Below are positions 48,396 through 57,894 of a stretch of 64,000 bases of DNA, piece by piece. A program made the translations under genes and the position numbers. Position 1 is the first letter of the stretch. The number at the start of each line of letters is the position of its first letter. The DNA comes from Candidatus Micrarchaeia archaeon (lineage in GTDB: Archaea > Micrarchaeota > Micrarchaeia > CAILAH01), in assembly GCA_038874595.1 (NCBI GenBank), contig JAVZCB010000001.1, forward strand, positions 132,397 through 196,396, written 5' to 3'. The notes beneath the pieces are model-generated. The model made no database searches and had not been told where the DNA came from. It was given only the letters and a program-made list of their open reading frames with translations.

Positions 48396-50111
48396 TTACT
48401 CAGAACGCTTGAATTTTTTCTCAATGTCCCCCCAACTCATCCTTATGGTTGTTGGCCTCCCATGGGGGCAAGTATAAGGATTCCTGCATCTGGCAAGCGC
48501 TGCAAGAAGTGCGTTCATCTCAGGAATGGTAAGCTCATCACCTCCCTTGATAGCTTTCCTACACGCACGTGTGGCAATCCTGTGGTCAAGCGTCTCATCA
48601 ATCGTAACTGGCCCGTTAGCATTTTCCCTTAATTCATCTAGCACATCGCGGATAACTTCTGCATCAAAAGCTTTCCCAAAAAGTGCCGGAATAGATATCA
48701 GTGCATACTCGCTCCTTCCAGCCATCTCAACAAAAAACCCATACCTTTCAAGCAAATTTTTGTTTTGCTCTATTATTTTCTCATCATCGTGGCCAACCGT
48801 AAACAGGAAAGGCTTAAGCAACTTGTTCACAGCAACAGCATTCTCCTTGAGCTGCTGCGTAAACTTCTCATAAAAAACGCGCTCTTGAGCCGCGTGCTGG
48901 TCTATCAGCACTAAACCATCATTATCATACCCTATTATGTAGGTCTTGTTTAACTGCCCCAATGCACGAATGTATAAAAATTCTTCGCCTGGTTGTGTAA
49001 TGCTCTTTTTCTCCTCAGAGTGGCCTGATTTATGAGTGTTTGTAACTGTATCGGTTAATACGGTTTGTAATCCTTTTTCTGTGGCATATGCATGTGCCGG
49101 CCTGGACATCTTACCATCCGCGCTTGCTATTATTGTTTGGCTGCTGCCCTGAAGAGATTTTTGTATGGCATTGATAATCATATCCTCAATAAAATGCTCA
49201 TTCTTAAATTTGACCTCTTCTTTTGATGGGTGTATGTTTACATCAATCATCTCAGGAGAAAGCCTTATGTGAAGTATTGCAACAGGATATCTTCCAAGGA
49301 ATATCTTGTCTGAATACCCACGCTCAACTGCACTGGTGATTGTGCTGCTTTTCACGAGCCGCCCGTTTATGAATATTACCTGATACTCCCTCGTCTTTCT
49401 CGAGTATCCAATTTTAGATACGTATCCACTTATGCGTATATTTTCATTATGATGCTCAACCCGGATTACATTTTCTGCAGTTTCCTGGCCGAAAGCATGA
49501 AACACTTTCCCAAGCTCATCACACTGTGGCGATCGAAACACCTCAGTACCATCCTTGTATAGCGTGAATGCTATGTTTGGGCTGGCAAGTGAGTACTTTG
49601 TAACAAGTGACATAATCTTAGATGCCTCTGCCTCATCTGACTTAAGAAAGTTTAAGCGCACCGGAAACCTGCTGAACAGGTTCCGCACCTCAACAATAGT
49701 GCCCCTAACAATCGGTGATTCCTGGATTTTGGTTGGTATCCCATCATCACCAAATTCGGCTGCGTACCCAATATTAGCGCCATTTTTTATAGATTGCACC
49801 GAAAGCACACTCACAGCCGCAATGCTCGCAAGGGCCTCACCTCTAAACCCAAGAGTGCCTATCCTCTCAAGATCCTGGATGCTATGCACCTTGCTGGTTG
49901 TGAACCTCCTGCTGCATATTTCTAAGTCATTCCTATCCATCCCCTTGCCGTTATCAATTACCCTTACCAAACGTTTCCCGCCTTTCTCAATATATACTTT
50001 AATATCATCTGCGCCGGCATCTATACTATTTTCAATAAGTTCTTTTACCACTGAGTATGGAGATGTAATTACTTCACCTGCAGCTATTTTCTCGCGCAAC
50101 GCCTGCGGCAT
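48396..50111 (-). CDS. mutL: DNA mismatch repair protein MutL
   Basis: MPQALREKIAAGEVITSPYSVVKELIENSIDAGA, IDNGKGM, GFRGEALASI. Start set to align with the bacterial MutL N-terminus. Confidence 0.85.
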   Translation of the reverse strand: MPQALREKIAAGEVITSPYSVVKELIENSIDAGADDIKVYIEKGGKRLVRVIDNGKGMDRNDLEICSRRFTTSKVHSIQDLERIGTLGFRGEALASIAAVSVLSVQSIKNGANIGYAAEFGDDGIPTKIQESPIVRGTIVEVRNLFSRFPVRLNFLKSDEAEASKIMSLVTKYSLASPNIAFTLYKDGTEVFRSPQCDELGKVFHAFGQETAENVIRVEHHNENIRISGYVSKIGYSRKTREYQVIFINGRLVKSSTITSAVERGYSDKIFLGRYPVAILHIRLSPEMIDVNIHPSKEEVKFKNEHFIEDMIINAIQKSLQGSSQTIIASADGKMSRPAHAYATEKGLQTVLTDTVTNTHKSGHSEEKKSITQPGEEFLYIRALGQLNKTYIIGYDNDGLVLIDQHAAQERVFYEKFTQQLKENAVAVNKLLKPFLFTVGHDDEKIIEQNKNLLERYGFFVEMAGRSEYALISIPALFGKAFDAEVIRDVLDELRENANGPVTIDETLDHRIATRACRKAIKGGDELTIPEMNALLAALARCRNPYTCPHGRPTTIRMSWGDIEKKFKRSE

Positions 50112-50163
50112 CTCAATTATTTCACCCATATAGATAACACCTAATTTTTCAAACCTTGCTAGG

Positions 50164-52686
50164 CTACCAGCTTTCAATGCTGGTTTGCCGGTCCTCTCTC
50201 AGGCTCTTTTTGCCGTGTGCAAGCCTATGCAGTGTCTCTTTGTGCACGAAATCGTTCTGTTCCAAGCTTTTTGAGAGCTGTGCTGCCTTGTCAACAACTT
50301 CGCGTGGCAGGCCGGCAATCCTGGCTACGTGCACACCATAACTCTTATCAGTGCCGCCCTGCACAAGCTTATGCAGAAATACAACGGAATTCCCGCTTTC
50401 CTCAACTGAGACATTGTAGTTGTTTATGTATGGGTACTTTACAGAAAGCAGGTTAAGAAGATGATAATGTGTTGCAAACATCGTCTTGCATTTTATTTTT
50501 TCTGCTATATATTCAATGATTGCCCACGCGATAGCCATCCCGTCATAAGTAGATGTGCCCCTGCCGACCTCATCAAGAATAACCAAAGAGCGGCTTGTCG
50601 CATTGTTAAGTATGTTTGCGCATTCAACCATCTCTGCCATAAACGTAGACTGGCCACGGGTAATATCATCGCGTGCTCCAACACGCGTGAACACCCTGTC
50701 TATCAAAGGTATCTGTGCGCTTTCAGCAGGCACAAAACAACCTATGTGTGCCATTATAGAAATTAGCGCAACCTGTCGCATCACTGTTGATTTCCCAGCC
50801 ATATTTGGGCCGGTGATTACCATGATTAGGTTATCATTATCAAGCCTTGTATCGTTAGGCACAAAATTTATTGTAACCCTCTCAACCACTGGGTGCCTAC
50901 CGCCAATTATTACGAGCGCCCCATCTTCAATAATCGTAGGCCTTTTGTACCTGTTTTCATAAGATACCTTTGCAAAGCTCTGGTATATGTCAAGCTCTGC
51001 AATATATGAAGAAAGGGCGTACATCCTGCTTGTGTACCCACTAAGGTATTCTACAATCTTATCATAAATCTCCTGCTCAAGCTCCTTGATTCTCTCCTCT
51101 GCGTTGAGGACCATAACCTCCGCTTCTTTCAGCCTTGGGGAAATAAACCGCTCACTTGCAAGCTGTGTCTGCTTGCGTATGTATTCCTGAGGCACTTTAT
51201 CAGCCTGGCTTTTTGGGACTTCAATAAAATATCCTATTATCTTGTTGTATCTTATCTTCAGTGTTTTTATTCCTGTCCTCTCCCGCTCTTCCTCCTCGAG
51301 CTTCTCCAGCCATTGGTGTGAGTTTCCAATCATATCTCTTAACTGGTCCAGCTCATCAGAATATCCTTTCTTAATCACGCCACCTTCGCGTACGAGCTGT
51401 TTTGTGTTTTCATCTATCCCTATCCCTATCTGCTTTACCACATCATCAAGTGGCTCCGAAGCGATAAACTCATCAAAGAATTTCCCATGCATCTTATACT
51501 CAGCAAGCATCTGCTTCAGCTCGTTTGCCTTCTCGATTGACTGTTTAAGCATCAGCAACTCACGAGGTAGTACGCTTCTGTAATTAATGCGGGTTGCAAT
51601 CCTCTCTATATCACCTATGGATGAGAGTGTGCTTCTTATCTTTTCGAGATGTATCGGATTGAGCGTAAGCGCTTCAACATTATCAAGCCGTTCATCAATC
51701 CTCTTCTTATCCAGCAGCGGTGAAGAGAGCCAGCGCTTGAGCATACGCCCGCCCATCGGTGTCACAGTCCTGTCAAGCACGCTTAAAAGTGTGCCCTTTT
51801 CACTTCCATCGGCTTGGTTCACAAGCAGGTCAAGATTGCGCATTGTTGTAGCATCAATAACCATATTCTTAGAAGTGCTATAATACGAAATCTTGTGCAG
51901 CCTAGGTAGTGTAGACCCAGCAGCAGTGTATTCCATATATGAAAGCATTCCTGAAACTGCCCTCTTCGCATATGGGAACTCTTCTAACCCATAAGGCGCA
52001 AAAGATGCAGCACTGCCTGATTTGGATAAAACATACTCTCCGTTTTTCTCATCAAACTTGTACGCTTCAATCTCAGTCCTCTTAAACCCATACTCGCGCT
52101 CCAGCCTATCGAGCCAATCATATTCCTGCGTTGCGCCTTTTGGCAGTATAACTTCCGCTGGCCGGTACTTCTCAAACTCAGTATCAATACCATCTTTTGC
52201 AAGCTCAGTTGTGAACGCCTCACCTGTCGAGATATCACAGGCACACAGGCCTATCTTACCTCCATCTGAAAATATACTAAGAATATAGTTGTTTGCTTTC
52301 TCGTTCATCAGTGCAGGCTCAATCAGCGTCCCGGGGGTTATTACCCTTACGACACCCCTCTTTACCAATCCTTTGGCCTTGCGTGGGTCTTCAAGCTGCT
52401 CAGCTATAACTACCTTGTGCCCTTTTCCCATAAGCTTTTTCAAGTACTGCTCAAGTGCGTGGTAAGGTATGCCCGCAAGCGGCGCCTTCGCATCATTCTT
52501 CCCGCGTGATGTGAGGACTATCTGCAGGTCGCGCGATACTATTTTTGCATCCTCATAGAACGTCTCGTAAAAATCACCCATCCTGAATAAAACTAAGCAA
52601 TCAGGATACTTCTTTTTTATCTCCCAATACTGTGCCATTGCAGGAGTAATCCTCCCTGTAACGCTTTCCCCCACCATCGCTTCCAT
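50164..52686 (-). CDS. mutS: DNA mismatch repair protein MutS
   Basis: FRMGDFYETFYEDA, GPNMAGKSTVMRQVALI, STFMAEM, DEVGRGTSTYDG. TATA-like TTAAAAATAA ~15 nt upstream of the ATG. Confidence 0.9.
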   Translation of the reverse strand: MEAMVGESVTGRITPAMAQYWEIKKKYPDCLVLFRMGDFYETFYEDAKIVSRDLQIVLTSRGKNDAKAPLAGIPYHALEQYLKKLMGKGHKVVIAEQLEDPRKAKGLVKRGVVRVITPGTLIEPALMNEKANNYILSIFSDGGKIGLCACDISTGEAFTTELAKDGIDTEFEKYRPAEVILPKGATQEYDWLDRLEREYGFKRTEIEAYKFDEKNGEYVLSKSGSAASFAPYGLEEFPYAKRAVSGMLSYMEYTAAGSTLPRLHKISYYSTSKNMVIDATTMRNLDLLVNQADGSEKGTLLSVLDRTVTPMGGRMLKRWLSSPLLDKKRIDERLDNVEALTLNPIHLEKIRSTLSSIGDIERIATRINYRSVLPRELLMLKQSIEKANELKQMLAEYKMHGKFFDEFIASEPLDDVVKQIGIGIDENTKQLVREGGVIKKGYSDELDQLRDMIGNSHQWLEKLEEEERERTGIKTLKIRYNKIIGYFIEVPKSQADKVPQEYIRKQTQLASERFISPRLKEAEVMVLNAEERIKELEQEIYDKIVEYLSGYTSRMYALSSYIAELDIYQSFAKVSYENRYKRPTIIEDGALVIIGGRHPVVERVTINFVPNDTRLDNDNLIMVITGPNMAGKSTVMRQVALISIMAHIGCFVPAESAQIPLIDRVFTRVGARDDITRGQSTFMAEMVECANILNNATSRSLVILDEVGRGTSTYDGMAIAWAIIEYIAEKIKCKTMFATHYHLLNLLSVKYPYINNYNVSVEESGNSVVFLHKLVQGGTDKSYGVHVARIAGLPREVVDKAAQLSKSLEQNDFVHKETLHRLAHGKKSLREDRQTSIESW

Positions 52687-52721
52687 TAGGAATTGATTAT
52701 TTTTAATGGTTTACCTGCTGC

Positions 52722-53063
52722 CTAACGTTCCCCGCTATTTTTAACAAGGTTTGAAACGGTTATCCAGTCATCAATTATAGTCTTTGCATTACCTAGGCAC
52801 TCCTCCATCATCAATTCGCTCTCCAGCCCGTACTTAAGCTCTCCTGCAAGAACAATCCCTAGTGATGCAGCATCCTCCTGCCTGCATATCTTCTCAAGCT
52901 CTTCTATTTTTGGAGCAAGCCGTGGAAATTCTGCCTTTGCCTTTGTAACCGCCTCCGTCAACTCCTTATCGTATTTCCCACCTGCAAGCTTTTCGGTGCA
53001 GGTCCTTAGAAAAGTCACCTGTATCCGTACTTCCTCAGGGTCTGGTTTTTTGCTTTTTGTCAT
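52722..53063 (-). CDS. hypothetical protein
   Basis: 113 aa, helical; 35 bp upstream of mutS. Confidence 0.3.
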   Translation of the reverse strand: MTKSKKPDPEEVRIQVTFLRTCTEKLAGGKYDKELTEAVTKAKAEFPRLAPKIEELEKICRQEDAASLGIVLAGELKYGLESELMMEECLGNAKTIIDDWITVSNLVKNSGER

Positions 53064-53074
53064 AATATCACCTT

Positions 53075-54973
53075 CTAATAACTCATAAAATAATGTAACA
53101 TCGCAATGGAATCACGGGCCCACGGCGAAATATCGGCACCTTCCATATGAAGCCTTGCAATTGTACGATTGATATCTTTAACGCGCGGTAGAATCTGCTT
53201 AATCGTGTCTTCATTTACACCCATCCTGGAAAGCATCTTTGTAGTTACTATGTCATCAATTTCATCTGCGGTGCCCACAAAAAACCTAAGCTTTACTTTT
53301 GTATTGCCTACAATTGCTTTTATCTCTAGCCCGTTTATCCTTGAGAGATTCTTTGCGACATCATCTGATTCAATGGAATATGTTAGTGCTGCCTTTTGGG
53401 ATATTGCCTTTGCCTCTTCCTTGGTTATTTTACCGCTGGATACGAGCGCATCAAACGCGGCAGCTGTCATGCTATCTGCATTTATATGACCAAACTGGTT
53501 AGCTGTGCTCGGCCCGATTAAGTTCAGGTTAGCCTGATGCACTGCTTTGTTGTTTGATTCAGTTATCTTCTTTAGCGCATTTTGCATTTTTGGGTCCTCA
53601 AATTCGTATAAAACCTTTATTTGCAACCCAGTTGTCCTCTCAGGTGGTGATTTTTTCATCAGCTTAACTTTGCGCAGCCCATCAACAAAATTGTACACAA
53701 TCTTCTTTTCTGAATCTGACAACGATTTAAGCGAATGCTGAATCTCAGCATCATTAATCAGCTCGCTTAAGCTAAACGGAACTTCCTTGCCAGCACTCTT
53801 GTACATAACCTTGCCTTCCCTAATAACAATATCTGTTGAGAGTATTGATGCTTTGGCACATTTTTCCTCAAACCCAAGCGAGCTTTTAATCCCATATCTC
53901 TTAAAAACCTCTTTTGCTGACTCCTTAAGCGCACCTTGTATTTCTTTCTCAAGCCCTTTTCGGCCGAGTATAACTACCTCATCACCCTTCTCAGTAATCC
54001 TGACTACATATAAGCCTTTATTACTGAGCTTTTTCATTGCCTCAAAATAAACCAGAAGCCCAAGATCACCGGCTTTTGTGTCTATACCGTTAAGCAACCA
54101 CGTACCGCTCTTGTCAAGCACGTATACACATCCATCCTTAGCAATCTCTTCAATGTTCGCGTATTTTTTAACCAGCATATCAAGCGAGCCATCAACCTTT
54201 TCCAGTGACTTAAAAATGCTTTCTGTATGATATGGAATCGATTTACGGGCGACCTCTAGCTTATCGGTCACTTCCGCAGGGATTTGTTTCACAAAATCAT
54301 CTGCCCGCCTAATTACCTCTTCTGTTGATTTTAGCCCAAACAGCTTTTCGACTGCGCGGCCCTTATTCAACTTTTTGATTAATTTTATTGAGGCGGCACC
54401 GCCGGGAATAAGCATGAGCGCACCTACAATATATAGGTTTATGCGCGCAAGTGATGCATTCTCGCCTTCCTTAACTGCCTTATCATAATCAAGCATTGCA
54501 GTGGTAACAGCCACCGGCCCACCGACTACCGGGACTGATTCTGCAGCTGTTCTCATAGCTTCTTTTTTGAGCATTGCCCACGGTGAATTTTTCAAATAGT
54601 CATCAAGAAATTTTTTTGTCTTAAGATTCAGCTCATACGCTTGTTTTGACCTGTTGAGCGCAAAATCCTTAATCTCATATGCGGACAGTGCTAAACTAGA
54701 TTCGTTAAGCTCCTTTATCAAGTGGTCAACCTGCTTAATCACAGACTTGCAGTTTTCTTCTGCAGCAATTAATTGTATATGCTGCGGGGACTCCTTTCTC
54801 AGCTCTTGTGTAGTTTTCAAGTAATACTCAGCCGATTTCTTAATTGATGTGAGGTATTTGAGCGCATTCAGGTATGCCTGCACTTTCTCTATCTGGGCAA
54901 ACATCTGCATCTGCTCTTCTTGAGTTAGGATGTTTCCAGATGGCTGTTGCTGTAGCATCTCTTTGGTAGGCAT
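53075..54973 (-). CDS. large hypothetical protein (coiled-coil N-terminus, one TM, large C-terminal domain)
   Basis: 632 aa from MPTKEMLQQQ; single hydrophobic segment INLYIVGALMLIPGGAASI; no recognisable catalytic motif. Confidence 0.4.
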   Translation of the reverse strand: MPTKEMLQQQPSGNILTQEEQMQMFAQIEKVQAYLNALKYLTSIKKSAEYYLKTTQELRKESPQHIQLIAAEENCKSVIKQVDHLIKELNESSLALSAYEIKDFALNRSKQAYELNLKTKKFLDDYLKNSPWAMLKKEAMRTAAESVPVVGGPVAVTTAMLDYDKAVKEGENASLARINLYIVGALMLIPGGAASIKLIKKLNKGRAVEKLFGLKSTEEVIRRADDFVKQIPAEVTDKLEVARKSIPYHTESIFKSLEKVDGSLDMLVKKYANIEEIAKDGCVYVLDKSGTWLLNGIDTKAGDLGLLVYFEAMKKLSNKGLYVVRITEKGDEVVILGRKGLEKEIQGALKESAKEVFKRYGIKSSLGFEEKCAKASILSTDIVIREGKVMYKSAGKEVPFSLSELINDAEIQHSLKSLSDSEKKIVYNFVDGLRKVKLMKKSPPERTTGLQIKVLYEFEDPKMQNALKKITESNNKAVHQANLNLIGPSTANQFGHINADSMTAAAFDALVSSGKITKEEAKAISQKAALTYSIESDDVAKNLSRINGLEIKAIVGNTKVKLRFFVGTADEIDDIVTTKMLSRMGVNEDTIKQILPRVKDINRTIARLHMEGADISPWARDSIAMLHYFMSY

Positions 54974-55024
54974 AATATGACTATTGAGCTCTATGCTTAA
55001 ATAGTTTTCCGGCAAGGTAATCTT

Positions 55025-55717
55025 ATGCCTTCGTTTTGTGTTTATGCAAATATGCAAAAAGACTGGGCTGTTGAAATGGTAATGGATATATCACAGCTGC
55101 TCATGAAAAATGGATATTCATATACAAAAGACCGCCCGGATTTCACGATTGTAATTGGGGGTGATGGGACACTGTACCATTACCTCAGCGAGCTCAAAGG
55201 CAAGGTCCTGCTTATCGGCTCTGAAACAACTTACCGCTCACAGCTAAACAACAAAAACTGGAAATCACGCATAATCAGGCTGTTAAGGCGTGGCAAATCA
55301 GTAAGATTGCCTTTGCTTGATGTTCGGTCTGAGGGTGTAATAATCGGTAGGGCGATGAATGATGTGGTGTTTCATACCAACGACCATAACATCGTAAAAA
55401 TAAAGTACATCATTGATAAGAAAGTGGTTGAATTTTGCGGTGATGGTCTTATCATCGCAACTCCTTTTGGCTCGTCTGCCTATTCATATTCTGCCGGTGG
55501 GAAAAAACTACCTCTTTCTTCATCATCACTTTCAATAACTCCAATTTGCCCATACCTGAAACGCGTCAAACCTAAAGTTTCAAATACAAATGAAATAGAT
55601 GTTGTTGCACCATCAAACGCATCGCTTCTTTTGGATGGAAAGCTTGCAAGGGTCTCCTGCCAGGGAAGCATCTTCACAATAACAAAATCAAGCAGGCATG
55701 TTGAGTTCCTGCAGTAA
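55025..55717 (+). CDS. nadK: NAD kinase
   Basis: DFTIVIGGDGTLY (GGDG), NDV, ATPFGSSAYSYSAGG. TATA-like GCTTAAATAG at 54994-55003. Confidence 0.8.
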   Translation: MPSFCVYANMQKDWAVEMVMDISQLLMKNGYSYTKDRPDFTIVIGGDGTLYHYLSELKGKVLLIGSETTYRSQLNNKNWKSRIIRLLRRGKSVRLPLLDVRSEGVIIGRAMNDVVFHTNDHNIVKIKYIIDKKVVEFCGDGLIIATPFGSSAYSYSAGGKKLPLSSSSLSITPICPYLKRVKPKVSNTNEIDVVAPSNASLLLDGKLARVSCQGSIFTITKSSRHVEFLQ

Positions 55718-55727
55718 GCCTGAGCCT

Positions 55728-56405
55728 TTATTTCTTCAGGGAGTCGTTGAACATCTTGATTTCCCTTTGAACCTCAACATTTATCAGCCAGAGCTGCTCC
55801 TGGGATATGGTTTCTATAAGGTACAACCCGTGGGTTGTAATCGCCTGTCCAGGTTTAGGCACTATATTATCAAAAGGAAGTGGGGTAAGTGTTTCCTTTG
55901 TTATGACCTGCACTATCTTGTTATCGGAAAACGCAAACGTGGTTATGTTGGCAAAAATGTTATAATTCCCACTTGATATAACCGTCCCGCACCTTACTGT
56001 ACAGCTGTTCAAGCGTGTTATGAAATGTGTTCTTGCAGCATCGTTTTTTGTGTTGCATGCCATTGTCCCATCTGTTATCAATATATCCATAAGATGTGTC
56101 ATGGGCCTGCCGTTCTCTTCATATGGGTAAATTCCAAGAAAATATGCATTTATGACACGAGAGTCAAAAGTATCCAGGTTTCTCTGCATGGCAATCTTCG
56201 CACAGCGTTTCCCAAGATAAGGCAAGGATATAAGGAATTCGCGGGCTTTCTCAGTATTTTCAAAAAGAAGCCTGTAACTGTCAATGTCAAGCTTTGGCCC
56301 GCATAATTTAAGCTGGTTGGGCGGGAATGCATACCTTAATGCACGATGGATGCCTGTTACGCCTGCTTTTTCAGTTAACATGCATATATTCCGAGAATTT
56401 AACAA
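55728..56405 (-). CDS. hypothetical protein
   Basis: 225 aa; no motif. Confidence 0.3.
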   Translation of the reverse strand: MLNSRNICMLTEKAGVTGIHRALRYAFPPNQLKLCGPKLDIDSYRLLFENTEKAREFLISLPYLGKRCAKIAMQRNLDTFDSRVINAYFLGIYPYEENGRPMTHLMDILITDGTMACNTKNDAARTHFITRLNSCTVRCGTVISSGNYNIFANITTFAFSDNKIVQVITKETLTPLPFDNIVPKPGQAITTHGLYLIETISQEQLWLINVEVQREIKMFNDSLKK

Positions 56406-56495
56406 TATAAAACTAAAAGTTATGGCAGTTTTTCAGACGTGGTTATATTCTGATGGCCAGAAGGGTATAAAAATAAGTTTATGCCCTAAGTATTT

Positions 56496-57830
56496 ATGGC
56501 ACGCGCAACCATTAAGGTTAAAGAGTGCCTGAGAAGCGTAAGAGATAAGTTTAACTCCATGTTTGACATTAGACCGCCTTCCTTACAGTTAGCGTTTGCC
56601 ATGGCGGGCGGGACGGCGTTTGCATCCAAAAGTCCACTTATAGAGCAAATCGCCGTGCCATCTTCACCTGATGATTATATTTCAAAATTCGATACGGGCC
56701 CCTTCCCTGAAAAGGGTACTCCTGCGCGTGGGCTTGCTGAGTGGGAATCATTGCATATACTTTATCCAAAGGAAATTAATGATACAAATAAGGGATGGAA
56801 GAGATTCATAGAAATGAAAGATGCCCAAAAAGAAGTTAAAAGGATGCTTGAAGCGCCAGGTGCATGCCATGAGTACCTTGCATATGAAGCTGCAAAGCTG
56901 TCATGCGAGAAGAGCGCCATTAGGTATACATTGCATATAATGGTAGGTGCACTTGCAGAAGATTATGTTTTTATGCCTGGTGAGACACTTGATGACCTGT
57001 TCGTAAAGAAGCCAATTAAAAAATACAAAAACATAGAGGAATATGCAAACGCACTTGTGCCTTTAAACGAGAGGGACCCGGAAGTGCCGAGCATGCTCAA
57101 AAGCATGTTCTGGCTGGTTGCAAAAATATGGAAGAAAATTGCCGGAGGCAATATCCAGGATGATGTGATAAACAGGCCGTACATGGCACATTTCTATGAT
57201 AATTCTCGTGAAGAAGGGGACCGTGGCCTCAATGTTCAGAATGGCGAGATTAAATTCCAGAGTGCGCTTGACAGGCTAAAAGCATACTGGAAGCTTGCAA
57301 CTATATACTACCAGAATGGTGATAAGAGCAAGGCATACGTGGCGCTTGGGCATATGGTCCATTTAATATCAGATTTGCACGTGCCTGCACACGTTCACAA
57401 TGACATCCACGGCCCAACACGATTCCTTGGCAAGCTGGATTCTTTTGAGCAATGGTTAAAGAGAAGTGATTATCCTCATATCCAGCGCGGCGAGAAAGAC
57501 ATGAACATTAAAATTTGGAGCAGCGCTTCCCTTACCCCACCTTCACCGGATACTTCTTGGACACCTGATAACATCAACGAAAAACTAGATCATTTTGTAA
57601 ACAGCATCGTTAATGTAACAAGGCAATATAAAAGCGTAGATGTTGAGGGCGATGCGCCCGGGCAGAAAGTCCTATCCAAGAAAGGGCTTACTGATGATGA
57701 GTGCTACTACCAAGCTGAGCACCTGATACCACTGGCGATACAGAATTCATCTCAGTTAATAGTGAACTTCATCAATTACCAGAAAGCACTTGAATTGAAA
57801 AATATGACGGTATCCGCCTCCATCTGTTAA
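56496..57830 (+). CDS. zinc-dependent phospholipase C family protein
   Basis: GHMVHLISDLHVPAHVHND matches the Zn-binding signature of the Zn-PLC / S1-P1 nuclease-like fold. Confidence 0.45.
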   Translation: MARATIKVKECLRSVRDKFNSMFDIRPPSLQLAFAMAGGTAFASKSPLIEQIAVPSSPDDYISKFDTGPFPEKGTPARGLAEWESLHILYPKEINDTNKGWKRFIEMKDAQKEVKRMLEAPGACHEYLAYEAAKLSCEKSAIRYTLHIMVGALAEDYVFMPGETLDDLFVKKPIKKYKNIEEYANALVPLNERDPEVPSMLKSMFWLVAKIWKKIAGGNIQDDVINRPYMAHFYDNSREEGDRGLNVQNGEIKFQSALDRLKAYWKLATIYYQNGDKSKAYVALGHMVHLISDLHVPAHVHNDIHGPTRFLGKLDSFEQWLKRSDYPHIQRGEKDMNIKIWSSASLTPPSPDTSWTPDNINEKLDHFVNSIVNVTRQYKSVDVEGDAPGQKVLSKKGLTDDECYYQAEHLIPLAIQNSSQLIVNFINYQKALELKNMTVSASIC

Positions 57831-57894
57831 CTGGAGCTTATATTATTTTGTGGCAATCATTACATATTTTATCTAATAGGCAAAAGGTGCAAAT

